This document shows positions 1 through 8,475 of a DNA stretch of 32,000 nucleotides, in pieces (position 1 is the first letter of the stretch; the number at the start of each line of letters is the position of its first letter). The notes beneath the pieces were generated by a model. That model was given only the letters and a program-made list of their open reading frames with translations. It did no database searches and was not told the origin of the DNA. Origin of the DNA: Holophagaceae bacterium (GTDB taxonomy: Bacteria > Acidobacteriota > Holophagae > Holophagales > Holophagaceae); contig DATFAX010000082.1 in the NCBI GenBank assembly GCA_035254125.1, positions 1-32,000 of the forward strand. Reading direction: 5' to 3'. Position numbers and translations under genes: made by a program.

Positions 1-164
1 AGGGCCTCCAGGGCCCCGGGCAGGTCGCCGCCCTCCTCCCAGAAGGGGTCGAAGCCCTCCATTTCGGCGGATTCCTCCCGCTCGGGCACCGGGGCCTCGA
101 AGACCTTGGGCTCGGCAGGGTCGAGAGGATCCAGGAAGTTCTGCTCGGGTTCGGGTGTGCTCAT
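1..164 (-). CDS. hypothetical acidic protein, N-terminal part only (gene runs off the left edge)
   Basis: The minus-strand ATG at 162-164 is preceded by a GAGG-like RBS. The frame MSTPEPEQNFLDPLDPAEPKVFEAP... stays open to the window edge with G/C-dominated third positions. It is absent from the ORF track because it is truncated. Confidence 0.4.
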   Translation of the reverse strand, partial: MSTPEPEQNFLDPLDPAEPKVFEAPVPEREESAEMEGFDPFWEEGGDLPGALEA

Positions 165-197
165 CGGCCCTGCCTCAGGGAAAAGGTGCCTCGTTTT

Positions 198-303
198 TCA
201 TCTCCGTTCATCTCTGTTCATCTCCGGTTTTCTTCTCGCCGGTGAAAGAAAAGCCAAAGAGAACCAGAGATGAACGGAGATGAACGGAGATGAACGGAGA
301 TAA
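198..303. repeat. hairpin element A: inverted arms made of tandem 10-mers (TCATCTCCGT x3 / ACGGAGATGA x3-4) around a 36-nt core
   Basis: The left arm 198-227 (tcatctccgt tcatctctgt tcatctccgg) is complementary to the right arm 264-293 with 2 mismatches. A fourth partial unit lies at 294-303. The element sits between the psd stop (313) and the start of the next minus-strand gene (164). Confidence 0.8.
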
Positions 304-312
304 GCGCCTGAT

Positions 313-1245
313 TCATCGGCAGGCTCCCAATCGCTGGCCCATCTTCACGTCGCCCTCGGTGCGGCCGGCCACCCAATCCCCGGCCTTGGGCCCGCCGATG
401 AGCAGCACCACCGTGGACCCGAACTCGAAGGTGCCGAGGTCGTCGCCCGGCTCGCAGGCGAGGTTGTCCACGGCCAGGGAGCCATCCTTGGGCAACTTGC
501 GGCCCGCGAGCCAGCGGTCGTCGATGATGACGCCGCCCACGTGGGTGGCACCCACGAGGATGGCGGCCACCTCCAGGCCCTCGTCGGGGCCCGTGCCCGT
601 GGCCACCCAGGTGGCCCGGCGGTTGCGCTCGTAGAGGCGGGGCACGTTCCCGGTGCTGGCGTCGTTCACGGGCCAGAGTTCGCCCTCCACCCGGCCGGCG
701 GCGGTGACCCGACCCTGGAGGGGTACGTGGATGCGGTGGTAGTCCTTGGGGGCCAGGTAGATGGTGAGGAAGTGGCCGCCCTCGAAGCGCTTCGCGTCCG
801 GATCGTGCTTCAGCAGCTCGGTGATGCGATAGGGCAGGCCCTTGGCCTGGATGGCCATGCCCGCCTCGATGCGGCCGGAGGCGATGATGCGCCCGTCCAC
901 GGGGCTGTTGATGAAGCCGGGCACGGCCTCGGCCTGGGGGCGGAGCCCCGGCCTGAGGCGCCGGGTGAAGAAGGCCTGGAGGGTCTCGTACTGGTCCAAG
1001 GGCTTCTCGGCCTCGTCGAAATTGGCCCCGAAGTGGCGGCCGAAGCGGCCCAGCAGGGGCTCCCGCCAGCCCTTGGGGAGGCGGCGGTTGGCGGCCCAGC
1101 CCACCACCTTGGAGCCCAGCACCTTGGGGTAGAAGCCCAGGAGGCGGAGGCCGAAGGGTCCCGGGGTCCAGACGAGGACGTAGACGGCCCAGGCGAGGGC
1201 CAGGACCAGGGCGAGGCGGGAAGGCGAAGGCCAGGAAAGGGGCAT
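313..1245 (-). CDS. psd: phosphatidylserine decarboxylase proenzyme
   Basis: 310-aa ORF. It has the C-terminal FEFGSTVV motif (the G-S-T self-cleavage site of Psd), an N-terminal TM segment, and the family-typical blocks APKDYHRIH and NERN-like. Confidence 0.9.
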   Translation of the reverse strand: MPLSWPSPSRLALVLALAWAVYVLVWTPGPFGLRLLGFYPKVLGSKVVGWAANRRLPKGWREPLLGRFGRHFGANFDEAEKPLDQYETLQAFFTRRLRPGLRPQAEAVPGFINSPVDGRIIASGRIEAGMAIQAKGLPYRITELLKHDPDAKRFEGGHFLTIYLAPKDYHRIHVPLQGRVTAAGRVEGELWPVNDASTGNVPRLYERNRRATWVATGTGPDEGLEVAAILVGATHVGGVIIDDRWLAGRKLPKDGSLAVDNLACEPGDDLGTFEFGSTVVLLIGGPKAGDWVAGRTEGDVKMGQRLGACR

Positions 1246-1403
1246 CCGACCAGTTTAGACGAGGCCGCCCCGGATCCTCGGCCTTGTCAGGTTGGGTTCT
1301 GAGTCCCGATCGCTTGACGTTTGTCACAAGGGGCGTGACGAAACCACCCCCGGGTCCTAGGGTGGAGCCCAGGCCCAAAGTTCCTTTCGCCGTGAGGTTC
1401 GTC

Positions 1404-2552
1404 ATGAACGTCGTCCTCCGCTCCGCCCTCGGTCTCCTGCTGGCCCTCCCCGGGCTCGCCCAGACCCCCGTGAAGATCGGGATCGTGAATTCCCAGACGG
1501 GGCCGCTTGCCCCCATCGGGGAGTCCATCAACAACGGCTACACCCTGGCGCTGGAGGACCTCGCCAAGCGGGGCATCAAGCTGGAGCTCGTGAAGGAGGA
1601 CGACACGGGCAAGCCTCAGATCGCCCTCTCGGGCATGGAGAAGCTCATCACCCGGGACAACGTGGTGGGCGTCGTGGGGGCCTACAGCTCCGCCTGCTCC
1701 GCGGCCATCGCCAAGAAGGCCGAGCAGTACAAGGTGCCGCTCATCGTGCCCGTGGCCTCCAAGGAGGAGATCACCAAGCCCGGCCTCAAGTACGTGTTCC
1801 GGGTGAGTGCCACCACCGAGGACTATGCGGCCGTGCTGATCAACATGGTGCTCACCCTGGGCAAGCCCAGGACCATGGCCATCCTGAACGAGAACACCGA
1901 CTTCGGCACCAGCGGCGCCAAGTCCGCCAAGCTCATCGCGAGCCAGAAGGGCATCCAGGTGGTGGCCGAAGAGGCCTACCAGGCCGGCAGCCCCGACTAC
2001 CGCTCCACGCTCGCCAAGATCAAGGGCACGAACCCCGACCTGGTGTTCATGGTGTCCTACGTGGCCGACGGCATCCTGCTCATGCGGCAGGCCCGGGAGC
2101 TGGGGCTTAGCCCCAAGGCCTTCCTGGGCGCCGGTGCCGGGTTCTCCTTCATGGAGTTCGCCAAGGAGAAGCAGATCAGCAACCTCGTCTTCTCCAGCAC
2201 CCAGTGGACACCGGAAGTCCCCTGGCCCGGGGCCAGGGACTTCGCCAAGCGCTACAAGGACCGCTTCAAGAAGGAGGAAGTGCCCTACCACGCCGCCAAC
2301 GCCTACGCGACGCTGATGGTGATGGGCGAGGCCGTGGCCAAGGGCGGCGGCAGCCGGGAATCCCTGAAGGCGATCCTGGATGCGACGGAGTTCGACGGCA
2401 TCCTCGGCAAGATCAAGTTCACGGACTACGACGGCTACACCAACCAGAACCACCATCCGATGCTGGTGGAGCAGATCCAGAACGGGAAGCACGAGACCGT
2501 GTTCCCGCCCGCCCTCGCCCCCAAGAAGCCCATCTATCCCCACAAGTGGTAG
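1404..2552 (+). CDS. ABC transporter substrate-binding protein, branched-chain amino acid (LivJ/LivK-like, type I periplasmic binding fold)
   Basis: I chose the ATG at 1404, which has GAGG 7 nt upstream and gives a signal peptide MNVVLRSALGLLLALPGLAQ. The rest resembles Leu/Ile/Val-binding proteins. It is followed by the LivHMGF genes. Confidence 0.85.
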   Translation: MNVVLRSALGLLLALPGLAQTPVKIGIVNSQTGPLAPIGESINNGYTLALEDLAKRGIKLELVKEDDTGKPQIALSGMEKLITRDNVVGVVGAYSSACSAAIAKKAEQYKVPLIVPVASKEEITKPGLKYVFRVSATTEDYAAVLINMVLTLGKPRTMAILNENTDFGTSGAKSAKLIASQKGIQVVAEEAYQAGSPDYRSTLAKIKGTNPDLVFMVSYVADGILLMRQARELGLSPKAFLGAGAGFSFMEFAKEKQISNLVFSSTQWTPEVPWPGARDFAKRYKDRFKKEEVPYHAANAYATLMVMGEAVAKGGGSRESLKAILDATEFDGILGKIKFTDYDGYTNQNHHPMLVEQIQNGKHETVFPPALAPKKPIYPHKW

Positions 2553-2565
2553 CGGAAGTCTCCCT

Positions 2566-3432
2566 GTGGACTTCCTTCTCCAGAGCCTCTTAAGCGGGAT
2601 CCTCGTGGGGGGGGTCTATGCCCTCATCGGCATCGGTCTCTCCCTCATCTTCGGTGTGATGCGGGTGATCAACTTCGCCCACGGCGACCTCATGGTGGTG
2701 GGCATGTACCTCACCTGGGGCATCTTCACCCTCTTCCAGATCGATCCCTACGTGGGGCTGTTCATCGTCTTCCCCGTGATGTTCCTGTTCGGGGGGCTGC
2801 TGCAGAAGGTATTCATCAACCGCGTGCTGAACGCGCTGCCCCAGAACCAGATCCTGCTCACCATCGGCCTGGGGCTCATCATCAGCAACGTGTTGATGAT
2901 GGCCTTCACGAGCGACTACCGGATCCTCACCACCACCTACAGCTCCAGCAGCTTCAAGCTGGGCAACATCTCCGTGTCCCAGCCCCTGCTGCGCTCCTTC
3001 CTGGTGACGCTGGGAGTGACGGGGGCCCTGGGCGCCTTCCTCAAGTTCACGAACACGGGCCAGGCCATCCGGGCCACGGCCCAGGATCGGGATGCGGCGC
3101 AGCTTATGGGCATCAACGTGAAGCGCATGTCCATCATCGCGTTCGGCCTGGGCACCGCGCTGGCGGGCACCGCCGGGGCCCTCGTGGCCCCCACCTACTA
3201 CATCTTTCCCCAGGCGGGCGGCAGCTTCACCTTGAAGGCCTTCGTCATCACCGTGCTGGGCGGCATGGGCAGCATCCCCGGCGCGGCCCTGGGCGGCGTG
3301 ATCATCGGCGTGGCCGAGAGCCTCAGCGGCGCCTACCTCAGCAGCGGCTGGAAGGAGGTCGTGGTCTACAGCCTCTTCCTCGTGGTGCTCCTCGTGCGGC
3401 CCGCAGGCCTCTTCGGAAAGTCGAGGGCCTGA
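2566..3432 (+). CDS. livH: branched-chain amino acid ABC transporter permease (LivH type)
   Basis: An in-frame GTG at 2566 with GGAAG upstream gives the N-terminus VDFLLQSLLSGILVGGVYALIGIGLSLIFGVMRVINFAHGD, typical of LivH. The protein is multi-TM. Confidence 0.85.
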   Translation: MDFLLQSLLSGILVGGVYALIGIGLSLIFGVMRVINFAHGDLMVVGMYLTWGIFTLFQIDPYVGLFIVFPVMFLFGGLLQKVFINRVLNALPQNQILLTIGLGLIISNVLMMAFTSDYRILTTTYSSSSFKLGNISVSQPLLRSFLVTLGVTGALGAFLKFTNTGQAIRATAQDRDAAQLMGINVKRMSIIAFGLGTALAGTAGALVAPTYYIFPQAGGSFTLKAFVITVLGGMGSIPGAALGGVIIGVAESLSGAYLSSGWKEVVVYSLFLVVLLVRPAGLFGKSRA

Positions 3433-4502
3433 TGGATTTCAAGGTCAAACCCCTGCCTGGAGCCGCCTTCCTGGCCATCGTCGTGGTCCTGCTGGCCCTG
3501 CCGAAGGTGATGACGGATCCCTACCGCATCCACATGACGATCCTCGTGATCCTCAGCTGCATCACGGGCATGAGCTGGAACATCCTGGGCGGCTTCACGG
3601 GCCAGCACAGCATCGGCCATGCGGCCTACTTCGGCGTGGGCGCCTACACCACCATGATCCTGCTGGAGAAGTTCAAGGTCGCCCCCTGGTACGGCGTATG
3701 GGCGGGCGCAGGCCTGGCGGTTGTCGTCGCGCTCATCATCGGCAGCATCTGCTTCCGGCTGCGGGGGCCCTACTTCGTGCTGGCCTCCATCGCCGTCACG
3801 GAGATCATGCGCATCTCGGCCATGAACCTGAAGGACATCACCAACGGCGCCGAGGGCATCCTCCTCAGCGAGATGCCGCCCTTCCACGTGGGCTCCAAGG
3901 TGCTGTGGGACTTCTCCAACAAGGAGCCCTTCTACTACACGGCCCTGGGCTTCGCCCTGCTCACCTTCGTCGTCACCTTCGCGGTGAAGCGCTCCAAGCT
4001 GGGCTACTGCCTCCAGGCCATCCGGGAGGATCAGGACGCGGCCCACTCCCTGGGCATCCCCCTCACCCGGTACAAGGTCTACGCCCTCTCGCTGAGCGCC
4101 CTGCTGACGGGGCTGGCCGGCGGGCTCTACGGCACCTACGTGGGCTTCGTGGATCCGGCCACGGTGCTCGGCCTCGACCTCTCGGTGCAGATCGCCCTGC
4201 TCTGCATCATCGGCGGCATCGGCACCCTCTCCGGTCCTTTGCTGGGCGCCTGCCTCCTGGTGCCCCTCTCGGAGATCCTGCGCAGCAACCTCATGACGGA
4301 GTGGCTGCTCAAGGGCGGCGTGGTGTCGGCGGAGAGCCGAACGGGCCTCTTCCTCAAGGAGCACCTGGCCCATGCCCACGTGCTCATCTACGGCATCCTC
4401 GTGGTGCTCGTGATCCTCTTCATGCCCGACGGCATCATGGGCTTCTTCAAGCGGCTGCGGGGCTGGCTCACGCCCCGCGCAGCCGCGAAGGAGGCCGCAT
4501 GA
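3432..4502 (+). CDS. livM: branched-chain amino acid ABC transporter permease (LivM type)
   Basis: 356-aa multi-TM ORF. Its ATG overlaps the livH stop (TGATG), indicating translational coupling. Confidence 0.85.
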   Translation: MDFKVKPLPGAAFLAIVVVLLALPKVMTDPYRIHMTILVILSCITGMSWNILGGFTGQHSIGHAAYFGVGAYTTMILLEKFKVAPWYGVWAGAGLAVVVALIIGSICFRLRGPYFVLASIAVTEIMRISAMNLKDITNGAEGILLSEMPPFHVGSKVLWDFSNKEPFYYTALGFALLTFVVTFAVKRSKLGYCLQAIREDQDAAHSLGIPLTRYKVYALSLSALLTGLAGGLYGTYVGFVDPATVLGLDLSVQIALLCIIGGIGTLSGPLLGACLLVPLSEILRSNLMTEWLLKGGVVSAESRTGLFLKEHLAHAHVLIYGILVVLVILFMPDGIMGFFKRLRGWLTPRAAAKEAA

Positions 4503-5216
4503 GCGCCCTCCTGGAGCTCCGCTCCGTCAGCAAGCGCTTCGGCGGCCTCAAGGCCAACAGCGACGTCTCCTTTGAAGTTCGAGAGGGGCAGATCGTGGGC
4601 CTCATCGGGCCCAACGGCGCCGGGAAGACCACCCTCTTCAACGGCATCACGGGCTTCGATCCTCCCACATCGGGGGAAGTCCTCTTCAAGGGGCGCGTGG
4701 TGAACGGCCTGGGGCCCGACGCCCTATGCCGCCTGGGCATGGTGCGCACCTGGCAGAAGGTGCGGCCCCTGGCCAAGCTCACGGTGCTGGAAAACGTGCT
4801 CATCGGCGCCCTCTGCCACACGAGCCACCTGGGCCGGGCTTCGGAGCTGGCCATGGCCCAGCTGGAGCGCGTGGGCCTGGGCGCCAAGGCGGAGTTCCTG
4901 GGCGGCGCGCTGCCCATCGGCGAGCGTAAGAAGCTGGAAGTGGCCCGGGCCCTGGCCACCCAGCCCACCTTGCTGCTGCTGGACGAGGTCATGGGCGGTC
5001 TGAACCCGGCGGAGAGCGAGGAGATCATCCAGCTCCTGCTCGGCCTGCGGGCGGCGGGCGGTCTCACCCAGGTGGTCATCGAGCACGACATGAAGGCCAT
5101 CATGCGGCTCTCGGATCACGTGGTCGTCCTCAACTCCGGCGAAAAGCTCACGGAGGGCAAGCCCGAGGACGTGGTGCGGCATCCGGCGGTCATCGAAGCC
5201 TACCTGGGAGAAGCCC

Positions 5217-5224
<8 letters not shown>
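4499..5224 (+). CDS. livG: ABC transporter ATP-binding protein (LivG type)
   Basis: The start ATG at 4499 overlaps the livM stop (ATGA). Motifs present: Walker A GPNGAGKTT, signature-region LPIGERKKLEVARAL, Walker B LLLLDE. Confidence 0.9.
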
Positions 5225-5921
<697 letters not shown>

Positions 5922-6070
5922 GACCCGGCGGCCCCAAATGCCCTCGAAGGATCGGTTGTTTTCCTCTGATCCTCGGGGGATGATGCTCCGCGTCTATCAC
6001 TGGAACCTGGACCATGCCCCGGCGGGTGTCCTGAGGATGTCCGCTCCGAGGCCACCCCGAGGAGATCGCC

Positions 6071-7009
6071 ATGATCTACAACAGCATCCTGGAGACCATC
6101 GGCCGCACCCCCGTGGTGCGCATCAACCGCCTCGCCCCGGCGGGCGTGGAGATGTTCGTGAAGGTGGAGGCCTTCAACCCAGGCGGGTCCGTGAAGGATC
6201 GATTGGCCCTGGGCATCATCCTCGATGCGGAGGCCCAAGGTGAGTTGAAACCCGGCCAGCTGGTGGTGGAGATCACCTCCGGCAATACCGGCGTCGCTTT
6301 GGCCATGGTCTGCGCCGCGAAGGGCTATCCCTTTGTGGCCTTCATGCCCGAGACGTTTTCCATCGAGCGGCGGAAGCTGATGCGGGCCTTTGGCGCCAGG
6401 GTGGTGCTCACCCCCGCCGCCGAGCGGGCCAGTGGCGCGGCCCGCCGGGCGGAGGCCTATGCGAAGGAGCAGGGCGCCTTCCTCGCCCGCCAGTTCGAGA
6501 ACCCCGCCAATCCCGCCATCCACCGCCAGACCACCGGGCCCGAGATCCTCTCCGACTTCGCGGGGCGTCGCCTCGATTGGTTGGTCAGCGGCTGGGGCAC
6601 AGGCGGCACGCTCACGGGCGCGGGTCAGATGATCCGCGAGGCCCGCCCCGGCGTGCGCATCGTGGCGGTGGAGCCCGCCGGGGCCGCGCTGCTCCACGGC
6701 GAGCCCTGGAGCCCCCACAAGATCCAAGGCTGGACCCCCGACTTCATGCCCGGAGTCCTGGACCCCAAGGTGCCTCACCAGCTCCTGAAGGTGGACGACT
6801 TGGTGGCTCGGGATACGGCCCGCCTGCTGGCGGAGAAGGAGGGCATCTTCTGCGGCATTTCCGCGGGCGGCACCTTCGCCGGGGCCCTGGACGTGGCCCG
6901 GAAGGCCGCCCCGGGCGACGTGGTGCTGGCCATGCTCCCGGATACCGGCGAGCGCTACCTCTCCACGATCCTCTTCGAGGGCGTCAATGAGGGCAGCGAC
7001 GAAATCTGA
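6071..7009 (+). CDS. cysK: cysteine synthase A (O-acetylserine sulfhydrylase)
   Basis: The 312-aa ORF starts MIYNSILETIGRTPVVRINRL. It has NPGGSVKDR (the PLP lysine block) and TSGNTG, typical of the CysK/CysM fold-type II PLP family. Confidence 0.9.
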   Translation: MIYNSILETIGRTPVVRINRLAPAGVEMFVKVEAFNPGGSVKDRLALGIILDAEAQGELKPGQLVVEITSGNTGVALAMVCAAKGYPFVAFMPETFSIERRKLMRAFGARVVLTPAAERASGAARRAEAYAKEQGAFLARQFENPANPAIHRQTTGPEILSDFAGRRLDWLVSGWGTGGTLTGAGQMIREARPGVRIVAVEPAGAALLHGEPWSPHKIQGWTPDFMPGVLDPKVPHQLLKVDDLVARDTARLLAEKEGIFCGISAGGTFAGALDVARKAAPGDVVLAMLPDTGERYLSTILFEGVNEGSDEI

Positions 7010-7087
7010 GGGCCTTCGTTACAGGGAATTTCCAGCGCGGGGCCCTGGTGAGACCGATATTGGGAGTGTTCCGTGAAGGAGGCTCCC

Positions 7088-7219
7088 ATGCGGGCCCATT
7101 CCTTTCACCCCTTCAGCCACCTCCATGAGCCCCAGCGCATGGATCTGATGGCTTGGCTGGCGCTCCTGATGGGGGCCCTGCTGGCCCTGGCGTTCTACCA
7201 TCCGGGAGTGCATAGCTAA
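7088..7219 (+). CDS. small His-rich membrane peptide (43 aa), hypothetical
   Basis: A strong GAAGGAGG RBS at 7075-7082 lies 5 nt before the ATG at 7088. The peptide is MRAHSFHPFSHLHEPQRMDLMAWLALLMGALLALAFYHPGVHS, with one TM helix. It is too short for the ORF track. Confidence 0.4.
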   Translation: MRAHSFHPFSHLHEPQRMDLMAWLALLMGALLALAFYHPGVHS

Positions 7220-7230
7220 GGCAGCGGGGG

Positions 7231-7971
7231 TCAGCGCCGCTCGACGGTTTGGATGTCCATGTAGGTCTTCCGGGGATCCACCATGACCGCACCGAAGCGG
7301 CCGCGGTCCAAGGTGTAGGTGTGGTCGTCGGAGCTGCGCAGGGGCTCGCCCAGGGGGTCGAAGACGTGGTTGCCGGCGCCGGCGAAGGGTTCGCCGGGCC
7401 ACTCGGAGGCGCTGATGGCGCAGACGGCGGCGAAGCAGGCGTTCTCGATGGCTCGGGCCCGGAGCAGGGTGGAGATGACGTGGTCCCGGCGCCAGGGCCA
7501 CCAGGCCACGGCCAGCAGCAGGTCGGCGCCGCCCTCCAGGGTGAGGGCCCGGGCCTGCTCGGGGAAGCGCAGGTCGTTGCAGTTGAGGAGGCCCAGGGTC
7601 CAGTCGCCCAGCTTCACGGAGACGTAGCGATCGCCCGGATCCCAGAGGCGGCCCTCGTCGTTGGGGGCGAAGAGGTGCACCTTGTCGTAGCTGGCCTTCT
7701 CCAGGCCCCCTTGCCACGCGGTCATGCGGTTGCGGCGCTCCTCGGTGAAGGAGCCGAATACGAAGCCGGTGGCGGGGTGATCGCCGGAGATCCGGCGGAA
7801 GGCCGCCCGAGCCACGGCCGGATCCACCTCCCGGGTGTAGCCGTGGAGGAAGCTCTCGGGAAACACCACGAGGTCCGCGCCCCCCTGCGCCGCCGCGTGG
7901 GCCTCGGCCTCCATGCGGGCCAGGTTGGAGGCCGGATCCATGCACACGAAGCGGGAGAGGTGGAGGCGCAT
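7231..7971 (-). CDS. carbon-nitrogen hydrolase (nitrilase superfamily) protein
   Basis: ADLVVFPESF (catalytic Glu block) and LLNCNDLRFPE (catalytic Cys block) are present. I prefer the ATG at 7971 (MRLHLSRFV...). The ORF is open up to a TTG at 8073, which would abut the tRNA promoter, so the start is uncertain. Confidence 0.75.
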   Translation of the reverse strand: MRLHLSRFVCMDPASNLARMEAEAHAAAQGGADLVVFPESFLHGYTREVDPAVARAAFRRISGDHPATGFVFGSFTEERRNRMTAWQGGLEKASYDKVHLFAPNDEGRLWDPGDRYVSVKLGDWTLGLLNCNDLRFPEQARALTLEGGADLLLAVAWWPWRRDHVISTLLRARAIENACFAAVCAISASEWPGEPFAGAGNHVFDPLGEPLRSSDDHTYTLDRGRFGAVMVDPRKTYMDIQTVERR

Positions 7972-8028
7972 CCCCTCAGTGTAGGCCCGGTCCGATCCCG
8001 CGTCAGGCGTGGCCCCGGGCATTCCGCC

Positions 8029-8057
8029 TTGGTGGCCCGGCCCTTCCGTGCTAGACT
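8029..8057 (+). promoter_or_regulatory. putative sigma70-type promoter of tRNA-Ser(GGA)
   Basis: TTGGTG, a 17-nt spacer, then TAGACT (with TG two nt upstream), about 28 nt before the tRNA 5' end. The same TAGACT hexamer also sits about 10 nt upstream of tRNA-Ser(CGA), at 17407-17412 on the minus strand. Confidence 0.3.
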
Positions 8058-8084
8058 GCCCGTTCGCGTTCAACCGCGAACACT

Positions 8085-8175
8085 GGAGAGTTGTCCGAGT
8101 GGTTTAAGGAGCACGCCTGGAAAGTGTGTATAGGTCAAAAGCCTATCGGGGGTTCGAATCCCCCACTCTCCGCCA
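8085..8175 (+). tRNA. tRNA-Ser (anticodon GGA), CCA encoded
   Basis: Hand fold. Acceptor GGAGAGT/ACTCTCC. Anticodon stem CACGC/GTGTG with loop CTGGAAA. A long class-II variable arm is present. T arm GGGGG-TTCGAAT-CCCCC. Discriminator G followed by CCA. Confidence 0.9.
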
Positions 8176-8178
8176 GTC

Positions 8179-8206
8179 AAAACGCCCGCCGCAAGGCGGG
8201 CGTTTT
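8179..8206 (+). terminator. intrinsic terminator hairpin after tRNA-Ser(GGA)
   Basis: AAAACGCCCGCC-GCAA-GGCGGGCGTTTT: a perfect GC-rich stem, a GNRA loop and a T4 tail, flanked by A4 so potentially bidirectional. Confidence 0.7.
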
Positions 8207-8215
8207 CGACGTCAG

Positions 8216-8384
8216 GGCGGAGGGTGGGGGATGCGAATGCGGAGCGGCGCCCAGGTAGCCGGAGGTGAGGTCGCGCGAGCGGCCGAACCGGTTCGTCGTG
8301 AGACGAACCGGCGTGGGCAGCCGCCAGCCGGCTGGAAGGGTCGCCCGTAGGGTGGCCCTGGAGGGAATCCCCCACTCTCCGCCA
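8216..8384 (+). ncRNA. candidate structured RNA, tRNA-Ser-linked element copy 1 (unclassified)
   Basis: 169 nt. It has a 17-bp terminal helix (8216-8232 / 8367-8383), internal helices at 8244-8252/8315-8324, and hairpins at 8269-8284 (GCGA loop), 8288-8311 (GUGA loop) and 8338-8358. Differences from the copy at 17105-17275 are compensatory. See findings. Confidence 0.55.
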
Positions 8385-8387
8385 GTC

Positions 8388-8415
8388 AAAACGCCCGCCG
8401 CAAGGCGGGCGTTTT
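8388..8415 (+). terminator. intrinsic terminator hairpin (duplicate copy) after the structured element
   Basis: Identical to 8179-8206. Confidence 0.6.
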
Positions 8416-8475
8416 CGACGTCAGGGCGGAGGGTGGGGGATTCGAACCCCTTGGGCTGACCCAGGCCCGGTCATC

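Larger units (their letters stand above)
8156..8450 (+). repeat. 209-bp-period direct duplication (8156-8232 = 8365-8441, identical)
   Basis: The 77-nt block gaatcccccactctccgccagtcaaaacgcccgccgcaaggcgggcgttttcgacgtcagggcggagggtgggggat occurs twice. It comprises the tRNA 3' end, the terminator and the start of the element. Confidence 0.85.

Noticed and set aside
8216-8384. Assignment of the tRNA-linked element to a known RNA (tmRNA, 6S, SRP/4.5S, RNase P, T-box leader, bacterial Y RNA, retron msr-msd, yjdF riboswitch).
   Set aside because: From memory none of the hallmark motifs fit. There is no tRNA-Ala-like end or tag ORF, no GGAAGCAGCC-type SRP motif, no T-box 14-mer, no adjacent RT or Ro gene, and the yjdF motif is a Firmicute leader of a different size. 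I cannot run Rfam, so this remains unclassified rather than proven novel.
8425-8450. A possible tRNA gene on the minus strand. The reverse complement reads GGGGTTCGAATCCCCCACCCTCCGCC, a perfect T-arm plus acceptor 3' strand.
   Set aside because: Only the 3' fragment exists. No D arm, anticodon arm or 5' acceptor strand follows. It is the duplicated antisense arm of the tRNA-Ser-linked element.
8070-8459. ORFs of 64-101 aa laid over tRNA-Ser(GGA) and element copy 1, and the analogous ORFs at 16996..17342 and the N-terminal 96 aa of 16604..17290.
   Set aside because: They run through a tRNA gene and terminators. The substitutions between the two element copies preserve base pairs, not codons.
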